Shown in pieces: positions 17,861-27,834 of a stretch of 64,000 nucleotides of DNA. Origin of the DNA: a virus (lineage: Duplodnaviria > Caudoviricetes); the IMG/VR virus record IMGVR_UViG_3300025784_000006, positions 96,001-160,000 of that record, one strand, 5' to 3'. A program made the translations under genes and the position numbers. The notes beneath the pieces were generated by a model. The model searched no databases, had not been told where the DNA came from, and worked only from the letters and a program-made list of their open reading frames with translations. Every line of letters begins with the position of its first letter. The first letter of the stretch is position 1.

Positions 17861-19067
17861 GAGAGTGTGTCTCCGGTCGCCGCTCGTTCGGAGCTGTAGA
17901 CCCGCAGAACGGGCAAGCTCCCACGTCATTGACCACCTCGTCTCGACACCGTGTCGCAAGGGTGAGTGCGGCACGACTCTCCTCCACGTCACGACGAGCG
18001 TCTCGCAGGCGCTCGCCCGCATTCCTCAGGTGGTCCCTCGTGGATCGAAGAACGCGCAGACGGTCGAGGGAGGACCGAAGGACCTGCGCGTCAGGTAGCG
18101 TGATCTTCTGGAGGACCTTCTGGGCCTCTCGCTTGGCGCTAAGGTGCTGGATGTGGTCCCGAGCGCGCAGGACGGCCGCATGACGCTGAACCCTGTCGCG
18201 CAGCCCCTCCCCTTCTGGGAGTCGCAGGGCAGTGATGACCTTCAGCGCCTCGCACTGCCTGGCAGATCTTCCCAGGCGATCTCGCGCGGCGCGCAGGTGG
18301 TCGAGACGCGCCACGAGCTCCCGCAACAGGTCTCCATGCGGAAGCCTCAAGTCTCGCACCCCCGCCAGCCGCCTTGCGCGGGCCGCTAGGGCGGTGATCT
18401 GGTCGCGCAGGCCCTGGAGGCGCTCCACCTCCTGAAGACGGGCCTCTACGCGTGCGAGGTGCCCTGGGACATGCGTGGCCTCCTCCGCGCTCGACTCTGC
18501 TGGGCTGAGGTAGGCCAACCAACCTCGCGCGTTTCGCAGCGCTTCCTGGGCCGTAGACAACCGACCCCGCACGCTACGACGGTCCGACTCAAGGAGTCGA
18601 GCGGCCTGCGCGAGGAGCTCCGCCCGTCCGGGGTCGCATACCGCCTCCGCGAGGTAGGCTCCCGTGCGATCCACCAGGAAGGCGGACTCACCCTGGCGCG
18701 CGAACTGCGGCCACACCGCTTCCCCTCCCACCTCCACAGACCGAATCCCCGCCTCACGCACCTGGGGAGGAACCTCGCGTCCAGGGTACAAGGTTGCCCC
18801 TCCAACACGATACATGGGACGACCCTTGGACCCCCCGTCCCTCCCCCACGTGAAGCGGGAGTCCCCGAGGTCGACTTCGACCTCCATCTGGGGAGCGCCA
18901 CGACGAACCAGGTGGGCGGACGGGGTGTTCTGGAAGCTGGCGCGAATCGCGCGAGCGAGGGCGGACTTGCCCCCGTTGTTGGGGCCGGCGACTGCCGTAA
19001 GGCCGGAGACTTCGACCTCTGCGTCCTCGTAGGCTTGGAAGTTCTTGAGGCGGAATCGGACGGGCAT
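17811..19067 (-). CDS. Rad50/SbcC-like ABC-ATPase, N-terminal half with zinc hook
   Basis: LKNFQAY, Walker A GPNNGGKS, Q-loop FARQ, coiled coil, CPFCG near C-terminus; no Walker B. Confidence 0.85.
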   Translation of the reverse strand: MPVRFRLKNFQAYEDAEVEVSGLTAVAGPNNGGKSALARAIRASFQNTPSAHLVRRGAPQMEVEVDLGDSRFTWGRDGGSKGRPMYRVGGATLYPGREVPPQVREAGIRSVEVGGEAVWPQFARQGESAFLVDRTGAYLAEAVCDPGRAELLAQAARLLESDRRSVRGRLSTAQEALRNARGWLAYLSPAESSAEEATHVPGHLARVEARLQEVERLQGLRDQITALAARARRLAGVRDLRLPHGDLLRELVARLDHLRAARDRLGRSARQCEALKVITALRLPEGEGLRDRVQRHAAVLRARDHIQHLSAKREAQKVLQKITLPDAQVLRSSLDRLRVLRSTRDHLRNAGERLRDARRDVEESRAALTLATRCRDEVVNDVGACPFCGSTAPNERRPETHSHDPTTCHYAVDGGTGR

Positions 19068-19102
19068 CTTAACCTAAGCTACCCGAACCCTCTGACAGAG
19101 AC

Positions 19103-20398
19103 CTAGTCGAGGTTGCGGATCGTCTCGGCGAGATCCTCCTCAGACCCCTCCTCAGCAGCCTCCGCGTCACTTTCGGCCATCTTGACCTCGGTCTGGATGA
19201 GCCCACGAGCCTCCGCCGAGAAGGCGGCCTCGTAGCCCTTACCTCGAATCTCGGAGAAGAACGCCTTCTTGCCCTGGCCCTTGACCACCGTCCCATCTGG
19301 GGAAACCCAGTCGTAGAAGGCCCCGTTCTGTCGAATGCGCTTGTTGCGCAGCAGCATGTCGAAGGCCGACCGGATGTTGTCGACCCCGATCCCGAAGCTG
19401 ATCATGAAGCTCGCCTTGCGGCCCTGGCTCGACCCGATCTTCGTCTTGTCGATCTTCGCCTCGATCTCGGTCGACACGGTCATGTTCTCCGAGATCCCCT
19501 TGAGGGGGTTGAAGCGCGCCTCCTCTTCCACGCGGATCTTCTTGAACCGAATGCGGAGGCTCGACACGTACTTCCACACCATGCCGCCCTGAATGGTGTC
19601 GGCGGGTCCCATACCACCCGCGTTGATGCTGCTGCGAAGCTGCGAGATCGCGATGAGCAACGTCTTGGCGTTGTAGAGCTCCGCCGATAGCTGCGGAAGC
19701 TCTCGCGACCACGCACGCGCCACGATGCCTGGCTGCCCGGCACTACCATCGCGGTCAGCGAGGGCACGGTCGTGCTCGATTGTCGGGACGGCGAACCCGA
19801 CCGAGTCGAACACCATCACGGGCACCTTGAAGCTGGCGAACACGTACGCGATCTGGATCCCGTCCTCCAGGGTGTTCGGCTGGTAGAGACGGAACAGGGA
19901 CTCGTCGTCGATCGGCACCCCGAGGCGACGCGCGTAGTCGGGAACGATGGCGTGCTCCCAGTCAATGTAGACTGAAGGCCAGCCCCTGCGGGCCGCCTCC
20001 GCGCACGCCATGAGGGCGAACGTCGTCTTGCCACACGACTCCGGGCCGTAGATCTGCACGACGCGCCCGAGCGGCCAGCCGGGACACGGGGGCACCCCGA
20101 GGTCGTTCGGCTCCCCGCCAATGAGGTAGTCGAGGATGAAGCTGCCCGTCGAGATGTGCGGGAGCGACTCCCTCATCTCTCGGGATGAGATCGGCACGTA
20201 GGGAGCCGGCTTCTTCGCCTTGGCGAAGACGCTATCGACCATCTTACCGGCCGCCGCGAACCCGCTCGCGAAGGCAGGGTCCCGCTTGACGGGGGACTTT
20301 GCCTTGGGCTTGGGTGGCGCATGGGTCTTGATCGCGGCCTCTGGCTCCTCGGCAAGGGTCTCGTCGCTATCCTTCTCCCGTTCCTTCTTCTTCGTCAT
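19103..20398 (-). CDS. recA: RecA recombinase
   Basis: ISTGSFILD, GRVVQIYGPESCGKTT, YIDWEHA, FDSV, ISQLR, GGMVWKYVSSLRI, GAFY. Confidence 0.95.
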   Translation of the reverse strand: MTKKKEREKDSDETLAEEPEAAIKTHAPPKPKAKSPVKRDPAFASGFAAAGKMVDSVFAKAKKPAPYVPISSREMRESLPHISTGSFILDYLIGGEPNDLGVPPCPGWPLGRVVQIYGPESCGKTTFALMACAEAARRGWPSVYIDWEHAIVPDYARRLGVPIDDESLFRLYQPNTLEDGIQIAYVFASFKVPVMVFDSVGFAVPTIEHDRALADRDGSAGQPGIVARAWSRELPQLSAELYNAKTLLIAISQLRSSINAGGMGPADTIQGGMVWKYVSSLRIRFKKIRVEEEARFNPLKGISENMTVSTEIEAKIDKTKIGSSQGRKASFMISFGIGVDNIRSAFDMLLRNKRIRQNGAFYDWVSPDGTVVKGQGKKAFFSEIRGKGYEAAFSAEARGLIQTEVKMAESDAEAAEEGSEEDLAETIRNLD

Positions 20399-21035
20399 GG
20401 TCTCCCCACAGGAAGAAGCGCTTGTCCTCCTTGTGGAGAGCGCCCTTCCGCTCGATGGTTCCGGCGAGCGCACCCTTCTTGCGCACTCGCACATCGGTAA
20501 ACTGCTCACGCTCCAGCGTGGTGAGGTCTTGCTCTGCTACCTCACCACGCTGGAGCAACCAGAATCGACAGCCTGTGCGCGCGGCCCACCAGGCGTCTGC
20601 CTGGTGTTCACTCCAGCCGCGCTTCTGCCCCGTGTCTCGCTTGGCGGCCTCCACCATGTCAGCCTTCGTCATCGACCACTTGGGTGGACGCCGAAGGAAG
20701 GCCCGTGCCTGCGCCTTGAGGTGCAGGGGCGACCATAACACGAGGGGGCACCGCTCCTGCCGTAGAGCCTCGCACATGTACAAGAAGACCCCGTACATCC
20801 CCTCCGAGTACGTCTCCCCGAATACCGAGTACTCGGCGGACACGAGGAGGTCCGGGTGCGCACGTACCAACACCCGGAGGCGCTCTCGCAGGTCCACGTA
20901 GCGGTCTACGAACAACGTCGATGACGACGTGCGTAGCTCTCCGCGATCGAGACAGGTGGGGACTCGTCCCGCCTCACACTCCGCTAGTGCCCAGCCGAAG
21001 TGGGTGAGGCTGGGATCGAGACCCAGGACCCTCAT
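20367..21035 (-). CDS. ruvC: RuvC-like Holliday junction resolvase
   Basis: MRVLGLDPSLTHFGWA, SAE, TKADM, HQADA. Confidence 0.85.
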   Translation of the reverse strand: MRVLGLDPSLTHFGWALAECEAGRVPTCLDRGELRTSSSTLFVDRYVDLRERLRVLVRAHPDLLVSAEYSVFGETYSEGMYGVFLYMCEALRQERCPLVLWSPLHLKAQARAFLRRPPKWSMTKADMVEAAKRDTGQKRGWSEHQADAWWAARTGCRFWLLQRGEVAEQDLTTLEREQFTDVRVRKKGALAGTIERKGALHKEDKRFFLWGDHDEEEGTGEG

Positions 21036-21039
21036 CGAG

Positions 21040-21822
21040 CTACTTGAGGCTGCCGATGAGGTTGTCGATCTCCTCCGAGGAGGGAACCGCACCCGCTGCC
21101 GCCGCCGCCGCACCCGCCGCGCCACCACGGCCGCCCGCCGCCGCGCCGCGGATCTTGGCGTCGACCTCAGCAGCGGTGAGCTTGTGGGCGATCTCGCCGT
21201 TGTTCAGCTTCTGGGCGAGCCGCTTGATCCGGTCGAGCATCCCACCCACGATGCGAGCCGCCGCCCCGCCCGGCTCCGAAGCCGCCTTGGTCACGAGCTG
21301 CTCGAACATGTTGCCCTTGGTGTTCCGCACGGTGATCTTCTGGAAGTTGGTGTCCGTGCAGGTCACCATGAGGTCGTTGTCCCCGAGGGGGAACTCGTCC
21401 TGAAGGGCCTTGATGTTGGCGTACTTGTCCTTGTCGAGCAGGACGTACCCGACCTTGGAGTCGGTCTCAATACGGGACGGATCGAGCTTGCCCTTCTGGT
21501 CGGTCGGCCACTGGATGACGATCGTCGCCGCGCTGTGACGCGCCTTGTCGGTACCGGACAGGAACCGACGGTGCGTGTCGTCGTACACGACGTACTGCTT
21601 GATGTGGCTGTTCCAGTAGCGCTCCGCCTGCCACCAGCGAGGAGGCTGCTTGAAGTCGGGGCGCTTCTCAGGCGTCGGGGGGAAGATGACGAACGAGAGC
21701 CGGTAGCTGCGTCCTGACTCGAACTTGATCCGGTCGCCCGAGGCGTCAAGGTCGCGGTCGCCCTGGTCGAAGGTGATCGTGTTCTCGATGGGAACTTCAT
21801 ACGTGAGGCTGAGGTCAGACAT
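21040..21822 (-). CDS. Putative single-stranded DNA-binding protein (gp32-like)
   Basis: DLMVTCTDTNFQKIT, Ala/Gly linker, tail EEIDNLIGSL; recombination context; AGGAG SD. Confidence 0.6.
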   Translation of the reverse strand: MSDLSLTYEVPIENTITFDQGDRDLDASGDRIKFESGRSYRLSFVIFPPTPEKRPDFKQPPRWWQAERYWNSHIKQYVVYDDTHRRFLSGTDKARHSAATIVIQWPTDQKGKLDPSRIETDSKVGYVLLDKDKYANIKALQDEFPLGDNDLMVTCTDTNFQKITVRNTKGNMFEQLVTKAASEPGGAAARIVGGMLDRIKRLAQKLNNGEIAHKLTAAEVDAKIRGAAAGGRGGAAGAAAAAAGAVPSSEEIDNLIGSLK

Positions 21823-21951
21823 GGGGTCTCCTGGCCCGCTCGGGTCGCAGTGAAGGGTTTATGTCACTGAGACGAGGTTCGGTGCGCCCGAAAGCGGTGC
21901 AGAAGACCCTACCCGCGGGGTGAGCGGTTGAGACGACCCTTGTCGTCGACC

Positions 21952-22593
21952 CTAGTAGTTAGGGTCCGCTGGGTCAGCGAGGTTTCCAGAGGGGGGTGGA
22001 AGGGGATACCGAGAGGCGTGAGAACCAGTCCCCCCAGTACCTGATGGAGTGCTGTCGGTCAGGTCCCGGAGCTGCGCGCGTAGGTGGATCCTCAGGTCCT
22101 TGAGGTGCGCGAGCTTGGCGGTGGCGATCTGAAGGATCGTCTCGGCCTCCGTACGGTCCCCGTCCGCCTCCCGCACCATGAGGTGCTCGGCCTGGAGCTT
22201 GATCGACGCGAGCGCGTTTCGATCCGCGATGTTGCGCCCGTTCTTTACTTCCGGGTCGTTAGACACGAGGAGGTCTGTCGCGAGCTTGAGGCCAAGCTGG
22301 AGGTCTCGGTGCCGACTGCGCGCGTGCTGGACCCGCACGCGGGTCGCGCTGACCATCGCGAGACACGAGGAGAGGAACGCCTCGACCTGCGCGATCTTCC
22401 TGCGCAGCACAGGAGCCCCTCCGCTCACTGCGGGGTCCGGGTCGAGGTCTACCGTCATGCCGTCGAGGTCCTTGACGATCTTCTCCGTGGCTTCCCGGTC
22501 CGCCTTAATAGGCGCTGGCGTAGCCTTAGCGAACAGCGCCTGGGCCTTGTCGAGAGGAGTCTCTGGAGCGGGAAGAGTCGTGTCGTCAGACAT
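21952..22593 (-). CDS. Hypothetical coiled-coil protein
   Basis: 213 aa helical. Confidence 0.7.
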   Translation of the reverse strand: MSDDTTLPAPETPLDKAQALFAKATPAPIKADREATEKIVKDLDGMTVDLDPDPAVSGGAPVLRRKIAQVEAFLSSCLAMVSATRVRVQHARSRHRDLQLGLKLATDLLVSNDPEVKNGRNIADRNALASIKLQAEHLMVREADGDRTEAETILQIATAKLAHLKDLRIHLRAQLRDLTDSTPSGTGGTGSHASRYPLPPPSGNLADPADPNY

Positions 22594-22604
22594 GAGGGTC
22601 CCCG

Positions 22605-22919
22605 CTAGGTGCTCTGCGCCGCCCGATTCTGGCGTCGGCGTCCCATGTAAGCTCGGTACAACTCCGTGAGACCCTTGAGACCCGCGGTCAACAGGTCTGG
22701 GGGCATCGTGCGAGAGACGAATCCTCGCTCAAGGATGACCTTGTCTAGCTCGTGCCCTACCTCCATGAGAGCCTCGCAACCCTCCTCGATGGTGAGCCCC
22801 GTGTCTTCCTTCGTCCCACACGACAGACTGACGAAGTGCCCATCGACGGTACGACTGGCCGTTACCTTGTGTACAACAAGACGTGACTTCACGTCGCTGC
22901 TTGGTTGACTCATCCGCAT
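22605..22919 (-). CDS. Hypothetical protein
   Basis: 104 aa, AGGAGG SD. Confidence 0.65.
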   Translation of the reverse strand: MRMSQPSSDVKSRLVVHKVTASRTVDGHFVSLSCGTKEDTGLTIEEGCEALMEVGHELDKVILERGFVSRTMPPDLLTAGLKGLTELYRAYMGRRRQNRAAQST

Positions 22920-25285
22920 GCCTCCTGCGGGGGACTTACCCCGCCCACAGGCAGGACGGACGATCGACGTGCGTCGATCTGCTGGAGGACCCGATCCTTG
23001 AGGTAGGTGGTCCGCGTGTCGTCCCCCGTGCGATAGATCGCAGAGGCGATCGCCTCGTGCGTTCCAACGATGACTACGCGCTTCTTGGCTCGCGTCACTG
23101 CCGTGTACAGGAGACGACGCGTCACCTGGTTTCCGAAGGACGGGAGCAGAACGATCACGACCACCTCGTACTCCATCGCCTGCGACTTGTGGTAGGTGAC
23201 CGCGTAGGCGAGGCGAAGGTACGTAGTGGGCTGGTCCCTGGTGAGCGTCACGATGTGAGGCGGGGACCCGTCGAGTCGAACCTCAACGATGCGCCCTCCA
23301 CCGGTCGTCGTGGCCTCTCGTACCTCCCCCACGTCCCCGTTGTAGACCCCGAGCTCTGCGTCGTTCTTCACGATCATCACTCGGTCGCCCTGTCGGATGA
23401 CTCCGGACGCGACCTTAACCTCCGAGACGTCAGGACCCTTGGGGTTGAGGCGTGTCCGCAGCACCTCGTTGAACCGCGTGACCCCAGCCTCTCCTCCGTG
23501 TCGAGGAGAGAGAAGCTGGACGGCACCGACCCCCTTAGCACCCCGGTACAAGGGGTCGACGACCTCACAGGCCAGGTGCAACGCCTCCTCGTCCGATCCT
23601 GCGTGCAGAAGGCACACGTCGTCCTCCTGCGCTGGGTTGAGCGCCTCCTCCGGCGTCAACACCTCCCGGACGGCCGGAGACCGTCCCTCGTAGATCGCGT
23701 GGGCTGCGAGCACCACCGGACTGGCCATCGTCTGACGGAAGATCCCGTTGAGGTGGACCCGCGGAACCTCATCGACCTGTAGCAGGTCCCGCAGCACGGA
23801 CCCTGGTCCAACGGACGGGATCTGCGCGGGGTCCCCCACGAGGATGATGCGACACTCTGGCCGCGTGGCCGCCAGCGCCCGATAGAAGAGCGACAGGTCC
23901 ATCATCGAGGACTCATCAACAATGAGGACGTCGGCGTCAACGGGGTTAGTAGGCCCGTGCCGCCAGTCGTCCGAGAAGGCGTCGGCAGCGCGCGAGCGAT
24001 TCCCACCCTCCAGACCCACGTAGTCTCCTCCTCGGTCAAGGTTGCGGGAGGGCTGGTACCCAAAAGCTGCGTGGAAGGTGTGCGCGGGAACTCCACACAA
24101 CTGCCGCACACGACGCGCCGCCACGCCGGTCGGAGCCACCGCCAGGACGTTCGCACCGACCTGGTGCAGGGTCGCAACGAGCGCCCGCAGCGTGGTGGTC
24201 TTGCCCGTACCGGGAAGGCCGGTCAACAGGAAGACCGCACACACCAGCGCGTCCCGCAGGCCGGCGCGCTGGGCTGGTGACAAGTGCAGGTGCTCCTGCG
24301 ACAGGACCTCCGCAGCGTCCTCCAAGGTCGCCTTCCCGCTGATCCGCAGCATCGCCTGCCCGATTGGGCTCGCGGGGTGAGGCTTCGCGGTGACGAGGCG
24401 ATCCGCAAGGAGTCGTGCGGACTCCACCTCCCAGTGATGGAGCACCGGCGCGTACACCACAGCCTCTCCGCTTGGTGGGCGAGACAAGATTGCAATCCCC
24501 TGAGAGGGAAGCTGTCGGAGGAGCTCCACGCAACGCTTGGTGTCCCACTCGGGGATCTCGCGCAGCATCTCGGCCACGACCTCCTGCACGCGGACGCAAG
24601 TGTCCCCAGCGTCCGCGTACCGGTCGAGCAACTCCCGCACGAGGATGCGCGCTCGCACCTCAGGCGTAGGGGTGATGCCAAGCGCCTCGGCGAGCCCATC
24701 TACTCGCGGAAGAGAAAGGATCCGCTTCTCCGCGAGGGCCCAGGGGTTCTGGAGGACGATCCCAAGGTCAAGCCCACTCCGCATCGCGGACCAGATCTCC
24801 GAGGTGGACACGTGCGCTCGCCGCATGGCCGCGGTGAGCTTGGCGGCCGTGACGAACCGCTGCCACCCCCGAACGGTGTGCTCCGCAACCTTCGCGCTCA
24901 CACCGGACAACTTCTCGACCTCCTTAGGGTCCCCCCGAAGGATCGCCGTGCTGAGCAACGCGGCGTCCGCGTGGCGTGCCACGAGCAGCATAGCAAGGTA
25001 CTGGACCTCAGAGCCGATCTCGGCCCCGTGAAGCACGACCCTGGGATCCGCAGCGAGCGGTAGCAGGACCGGACCGGGTCGAAGCTGTCGACCCCACTTG
25101 GGGTCCATCGTCTCGGTCGCGTGGATGGCGAGCACGGTCCCCTCTCGAACCTGAGCGGACCCAAACGGCAGGGAACCCACCACGCTGATGGGCCCGTGAA
25201 GGGATGAGGTCGTCTGAAGGACGCAGAAGTCGTCCTTACGATACTGCACGCGATCGACGACGATCGTGATGGGTTTGTTGTCCAC
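22910..25285 (-). CDS. recD2: RecD2-like SF1B helicase
   Basis: QNPWAL, TGLPGTGKTT, APTGVAARR, VDESSM, GDPAQIPSVGPG, FRQ, GDRVM..KND, NGDVG, AYAVTYHKSQ, LLYTAVTRAK. Confidence 0.95.
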   Translation of the reverse strand: MDNKPITIVVDRVQYRKDDFCVLQTTSSLHGPISVVGSLPFGSAQVREGTVLAIHATETMDPKWGRQLRPGPVLLPLAADPRVVLHGAEIGSEVQYLAMLLVARHADAALLSTAILRGDPKEVEKLSGVSAKVAEHTVRGWQRFVTAAKLTAAMRRAHVSTSEIWSAMRSGLDLGIVLQNPWALAEKRILSLPRVDGLAEALGITPTPEVRARILVRELLDRYADAGDTCVRVQEVVAEMLREIPEWDTKRCVELLRQLPSQGIAILSRPPSGEAVVYAPVLHHWEVESARLLADRLVTAKPHPASPIGQAMLRISGKATLEDAAEVLSQEHLHLSPAQRAGLRDALVCAVFLLTGLPGTGKTTTLRALVATLHQVGANVLAVAPTGVAARRVRQLCGVPAHTFHAAFGYQPSRNLDRGGDYVGLEGGNRSRAADAFSDDWRHGPTNPVDADVLIVDESSMMDLSLFYRALAATRPECRIILVGDPAQIPSVGPGSVLRDLLQVDEVPRVHLNGIFRQTMASPVVLAAHAIYEGRSPAVREVLTPEEALNPAQEDDVCLLHAGSDEEALHLACEVVDPLYRGAKGVGAVQLLSPRHGGEAGVTRFNEVLRTRLNPKGPDVSEVKVASGVIRQGDRVMIVKNDAELGVYNGDVGEVREATTTGGGRIVEVRLDGSPPHIVTLTRDQPTTYLRLAYAVTYHKSQAMEYEVVVIVLLPSFGNQVTRRLLYTAVTRAKKRVVIVGTHEAIASAIYRTGDDTRTTYLKDRVLQQIDARRSSVLPVGGVSPPQEACG

Positions 25286-25289
25286 AGTT

Positions 25290-25910
25290 CTACCTTGCTA
25301 TAGCTATTCGGCTGCTCGACGGAACGAGCACCTCCCGCAGGTTGCGGATCGACCTGACCCAAGATGGTACCTGTCGCCCTGACAGGATGACCCGCGACCC
25401 TTGCGCGATCGAGCGCGAGACGACCTCTCTCGCAGCCGAGCCCCACGTGTCCACCGAGGGCGCGAGCAGCATACCTGACGACACACTACCCATGAGGGGG
25501 CAGTCCCAACCCCCCAGAAAGAGATCCCCCGCGGGGTTGCAGAGGACTCCGCGCGCACCCGAGTCGTCGGGCTGGAAGTCGCACCCGACCCCCCACAGGC
25601 GCACGGATGCGCCCCCAAGCTCCACGATGGCCGGGTTCTTCCAGCACGTTGCGGACGCGAGGTCTGGTCCTATGAGCTTCCCGTACGTGTAGGCGGTCAC
25701 CGCGCAGGGCGCGATGCGCATCCACATCGGATCAACCTTGCGGATGTGGTGTGGAAGCTCCAGCATCGCGGCCAGCAGCAGGAGCAGCGCGTCGCGTCGC
25801 GGTCCGTCAGCCCCAACCACGAAGGTGACTGTCCCGGCCTGCCATACGGCCTCCACCGAGGGTTGTATGTGGGTCCGAGGTACACGGACCCGTACGTGCA
25901 GGGGTGTCAT
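25290..25910 (-). CDS. Hypothetical protein
   Basis: ATGA coupled to the holA-like gene. Confidence 0.6.
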   Translation of the reverse strand: MTPLHVRVRVPRTHIQPSVEAVWQAGTVTFVVGADGPRRDALLLLLAAMLELPHHIRKVDPMWMRIAPCAVTAYTYGKLIGPDLASATCWKNPAIVELGGASVRLWGVGCDFQPDDSGARGVLCNPAGDLFLGGWDCPLMGSVSSGMLLAPSVDTWGSAAREVVSRSIAQGSRVILSGRQVPSWVRSIRNLREVLVPSSSRIAIAR

Positions 25911-26926
25911 CTCGGTGGGGTCGAGATGGCCCCTCCGGTCCGAGCTGCGGCATGAAGGATCCCCGCGCTCAAGACAGCCCACGGCGCGCGCGCCCCTGAC
26001 CGAAGAGCGCGGTCAGCCCTCGCAGCCACCTCGACGAGGTCTCTTCCACCCGCGACACCCCATCGCAGGGCCGCGGGCCGAACGCGTATCTTCACTACGT
26101 AGGGGTGCGCACCGACGGCCTCTCCGACCTCCTGGTCGTTCCCCTTGTGGGCCGCCGCACACATCCACTGGTAGCCGCACCTCGACACGACCGCGGCGAC
26201 GCGCGCGACCGGCGGGGTCCGCGACGCCCTCCGCAGCCCCGCTAGGGTGTGCGCGATCCGGCGGACGTCACGATCCGCCAGGGCCCCTACGAAGTCCTCG
26301 ACCTCCGACCGACCTCCCAGGGGGTCCACCGCGCGCGCGTCCTCCGCCCCCGCCCCCCTGTGCCCGCGCGCCGCGCAGTACCACGCGACCTTCTGGCACT
26401 CCATCCCGAGCCGCCCGAGATCCACCAGCCCACCGTCCACCAGGGCCTCCGCCGCACCCTCATCCCGCAGTCCGAGCCGCCCAAACTCGGTCTTGGCGAA
26501 CTGTACGGCCCTCGCACGCGCCTCCCAGGGCTTCCCGGCCGGGAAGCAGAACCTCCGCCCCTTGGGGATCTTCTCTGCGACTCGCCCGAGCGGCGAGTCC
26601 TTGGGCACGTCCCCCTGGAACTCCACGAGCAGCACCCGCACGTCCTTGGCGAACGCCTGAAGTGTGCCCCACCCGGGTGCCGGGTCGACCTCCGTGAGGT
26701 GCAGCGACACCCGGTCCTCACCGTCGAAGTCCGGTGCGGTGACCTCCTCGATCGTCCCTACAGCCGTCCCTGGACCCAGACGCACCCAAGGAGTGCGCAC
26801 CCGCGCCACGATCCCATCGACGGCACGCACGCGCAACGCCGCCTCCATCCCCTCCACGAGAATGAGGTTGTCAGGCGGGTCCCCAAGCTCTGAGATGACC
26901 GGAGCCTTCTTCCTTGGCTTCTTCAT
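25907..26926 (-). CDS. holA: DNA polymerase III delta-like clamp-loader subunit
   Basis: AAEALVD...DLGRLGMECQKV, EDFVGAL, GAHPYVVK, ADRALRSG match the HolA pattern. Confidence 0.75.
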   Translation of the reverse strand: MKKPRKKAPVISELGDPPDNLILVEGMEAALRVRAVDGIVARVRTPWVRLGPGTAVGTIEEVTAPDFDGEDRVSLHLTEVDPAPGWGTLQAFAKDVRVLLVEFQGDVPKDSPLGRVAEKIPKGRRFCFPAGKPWEARARAVQFAKTEFGRLGLRDEGAAEALVDGGLVDLGRLGMECQKVAWYCAARGHRGAGAEDARAVDPLGGRSEVEDFVGALADRDVRRIAHTLAGLRRASRTPPVARVAAVVSRCGYQWMCAAAHKGNDQEVGEAVGAHPYVVKIRVRPAALRWGVAGGRDLVEVAARADRALRSGARAPWAVLSAGILHAAARTGGAISTPPR

Positions 26927-27540
26927 GCGCCTACCAGAACCCACAGGAGCTCGACGCGGCTCGTCCGCGCCCCGCGCAGCGCTTGCCTCGCGCGCCGCCA
27001 CACCTCCAAGTCCGCCGGGTCTCCAGAGCACGCTACCTCCGCGACCCCCAGGAGAAGGTCACGGGGCTCCAGTCCCTCTACGATCTTCCCCACCTCCCAT
27101 GGCTCCGTGCGGGCCACTCCCATAGCCCGCCTCACCGCCGCCTCCACCTCCGGGGAGGGCCCCGTTGGTCCAGGCGCGTAGGCCACCAGCGCCCGCGAAC
27201 GTAGCGCCGGAGGAACCGACGCGACGTCGTTCGCCCACGCGAACACCGACACCCCGCCCGTCAGGTCTTCGGTCGCCTTGAGCAGCGCGTCCCCCGCCCG
27301 AGGCAGCGTGTCGTCCAGCGGACCCACCACCACCGCGCTCGGCCGGTCCCCCGGCGGAGACCCCGACAACAGGTCCGCCAGGTCGCGGGCAGCCTCTGCC
27401 TTGAGCCCACCCTCTGGGCGCACCTCGGCCCGCACGACGTACTTCGACTCGACCAACCGACGCACATGCACCTCCGCGCCAGGCCCATGCACGAACACGA
27501 AGCGCGCACCCCGTCGATCCTGCGTGTGATCCATCATCAC
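26923..27540 (-). CDS. holB: DNA polymerase III delta-prime-like subunit (short)
   Basis: LKAEAARDL, AGDALLKATED, VPPALRSRA; adjacent to holA. Confidence 0.65.
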   Translation of the reverse strand: MMMDHTQDRRGARFVFVHGPGAEVHVRRLVESKYVVRAEVRPEGGLKAEAARDLADLLSGSPPGDRPSAVVVGPLDDTLPRAGDALLKATEDLTGGVSVFAWANDVASVPPALRSRALVAYAPGPTGPSPEVEAAVRRAMGVARTEPWEVGKIVEGLEPRDLLLGVAEVACSGDPADLEVWRRARQALRGARTSRVELLWVLVGA

Positions 27541-27617
27541 GCACGACTACCCGTCCGACCCATCGGGTCGGACCTGGTCGCGTCGAGAAGCGACCCTACC
27601 AGCGATGTCAAAGAACA

Positions 27618-27641
27618 TGTCTGACCCGCGCGGGTCAGACA
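27618..27641. repeat. Perfect 24-bp palindrome
   Basis: TGTCTGACCCGCGCGGGTCAGACA. Confidence 0.95.
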
Positions 27642-27776
27642 CCCCGTACTGCTTCGTGGTGAGCTCGTCAGGCTCGGGCACTGGACGGAGCAGGGTCAAT
27701 TTGCCGTTACGGCGCGGACAGGCTCGGTCATCGTGCAGACGATCGTATGGTGTCTTGGCCTCCACGTTGGCACGTT

Positions 27777-27834
27777 CCTTGCTACTACTGTTGGAGGTAG
27801 TGGGGGTGGTGAGGATCGTGGTGATCGTGGTGGT
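27777..27834. repeat. 58-bp direct repeat, copy 1
   Basis: CCTTGCTACTACTGTTGGAGGTAGTGGGGGTGGTGAGGATCGTGGTGATCGTGGTGGT, identical to 28397-28454. Confidence 0.95.
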
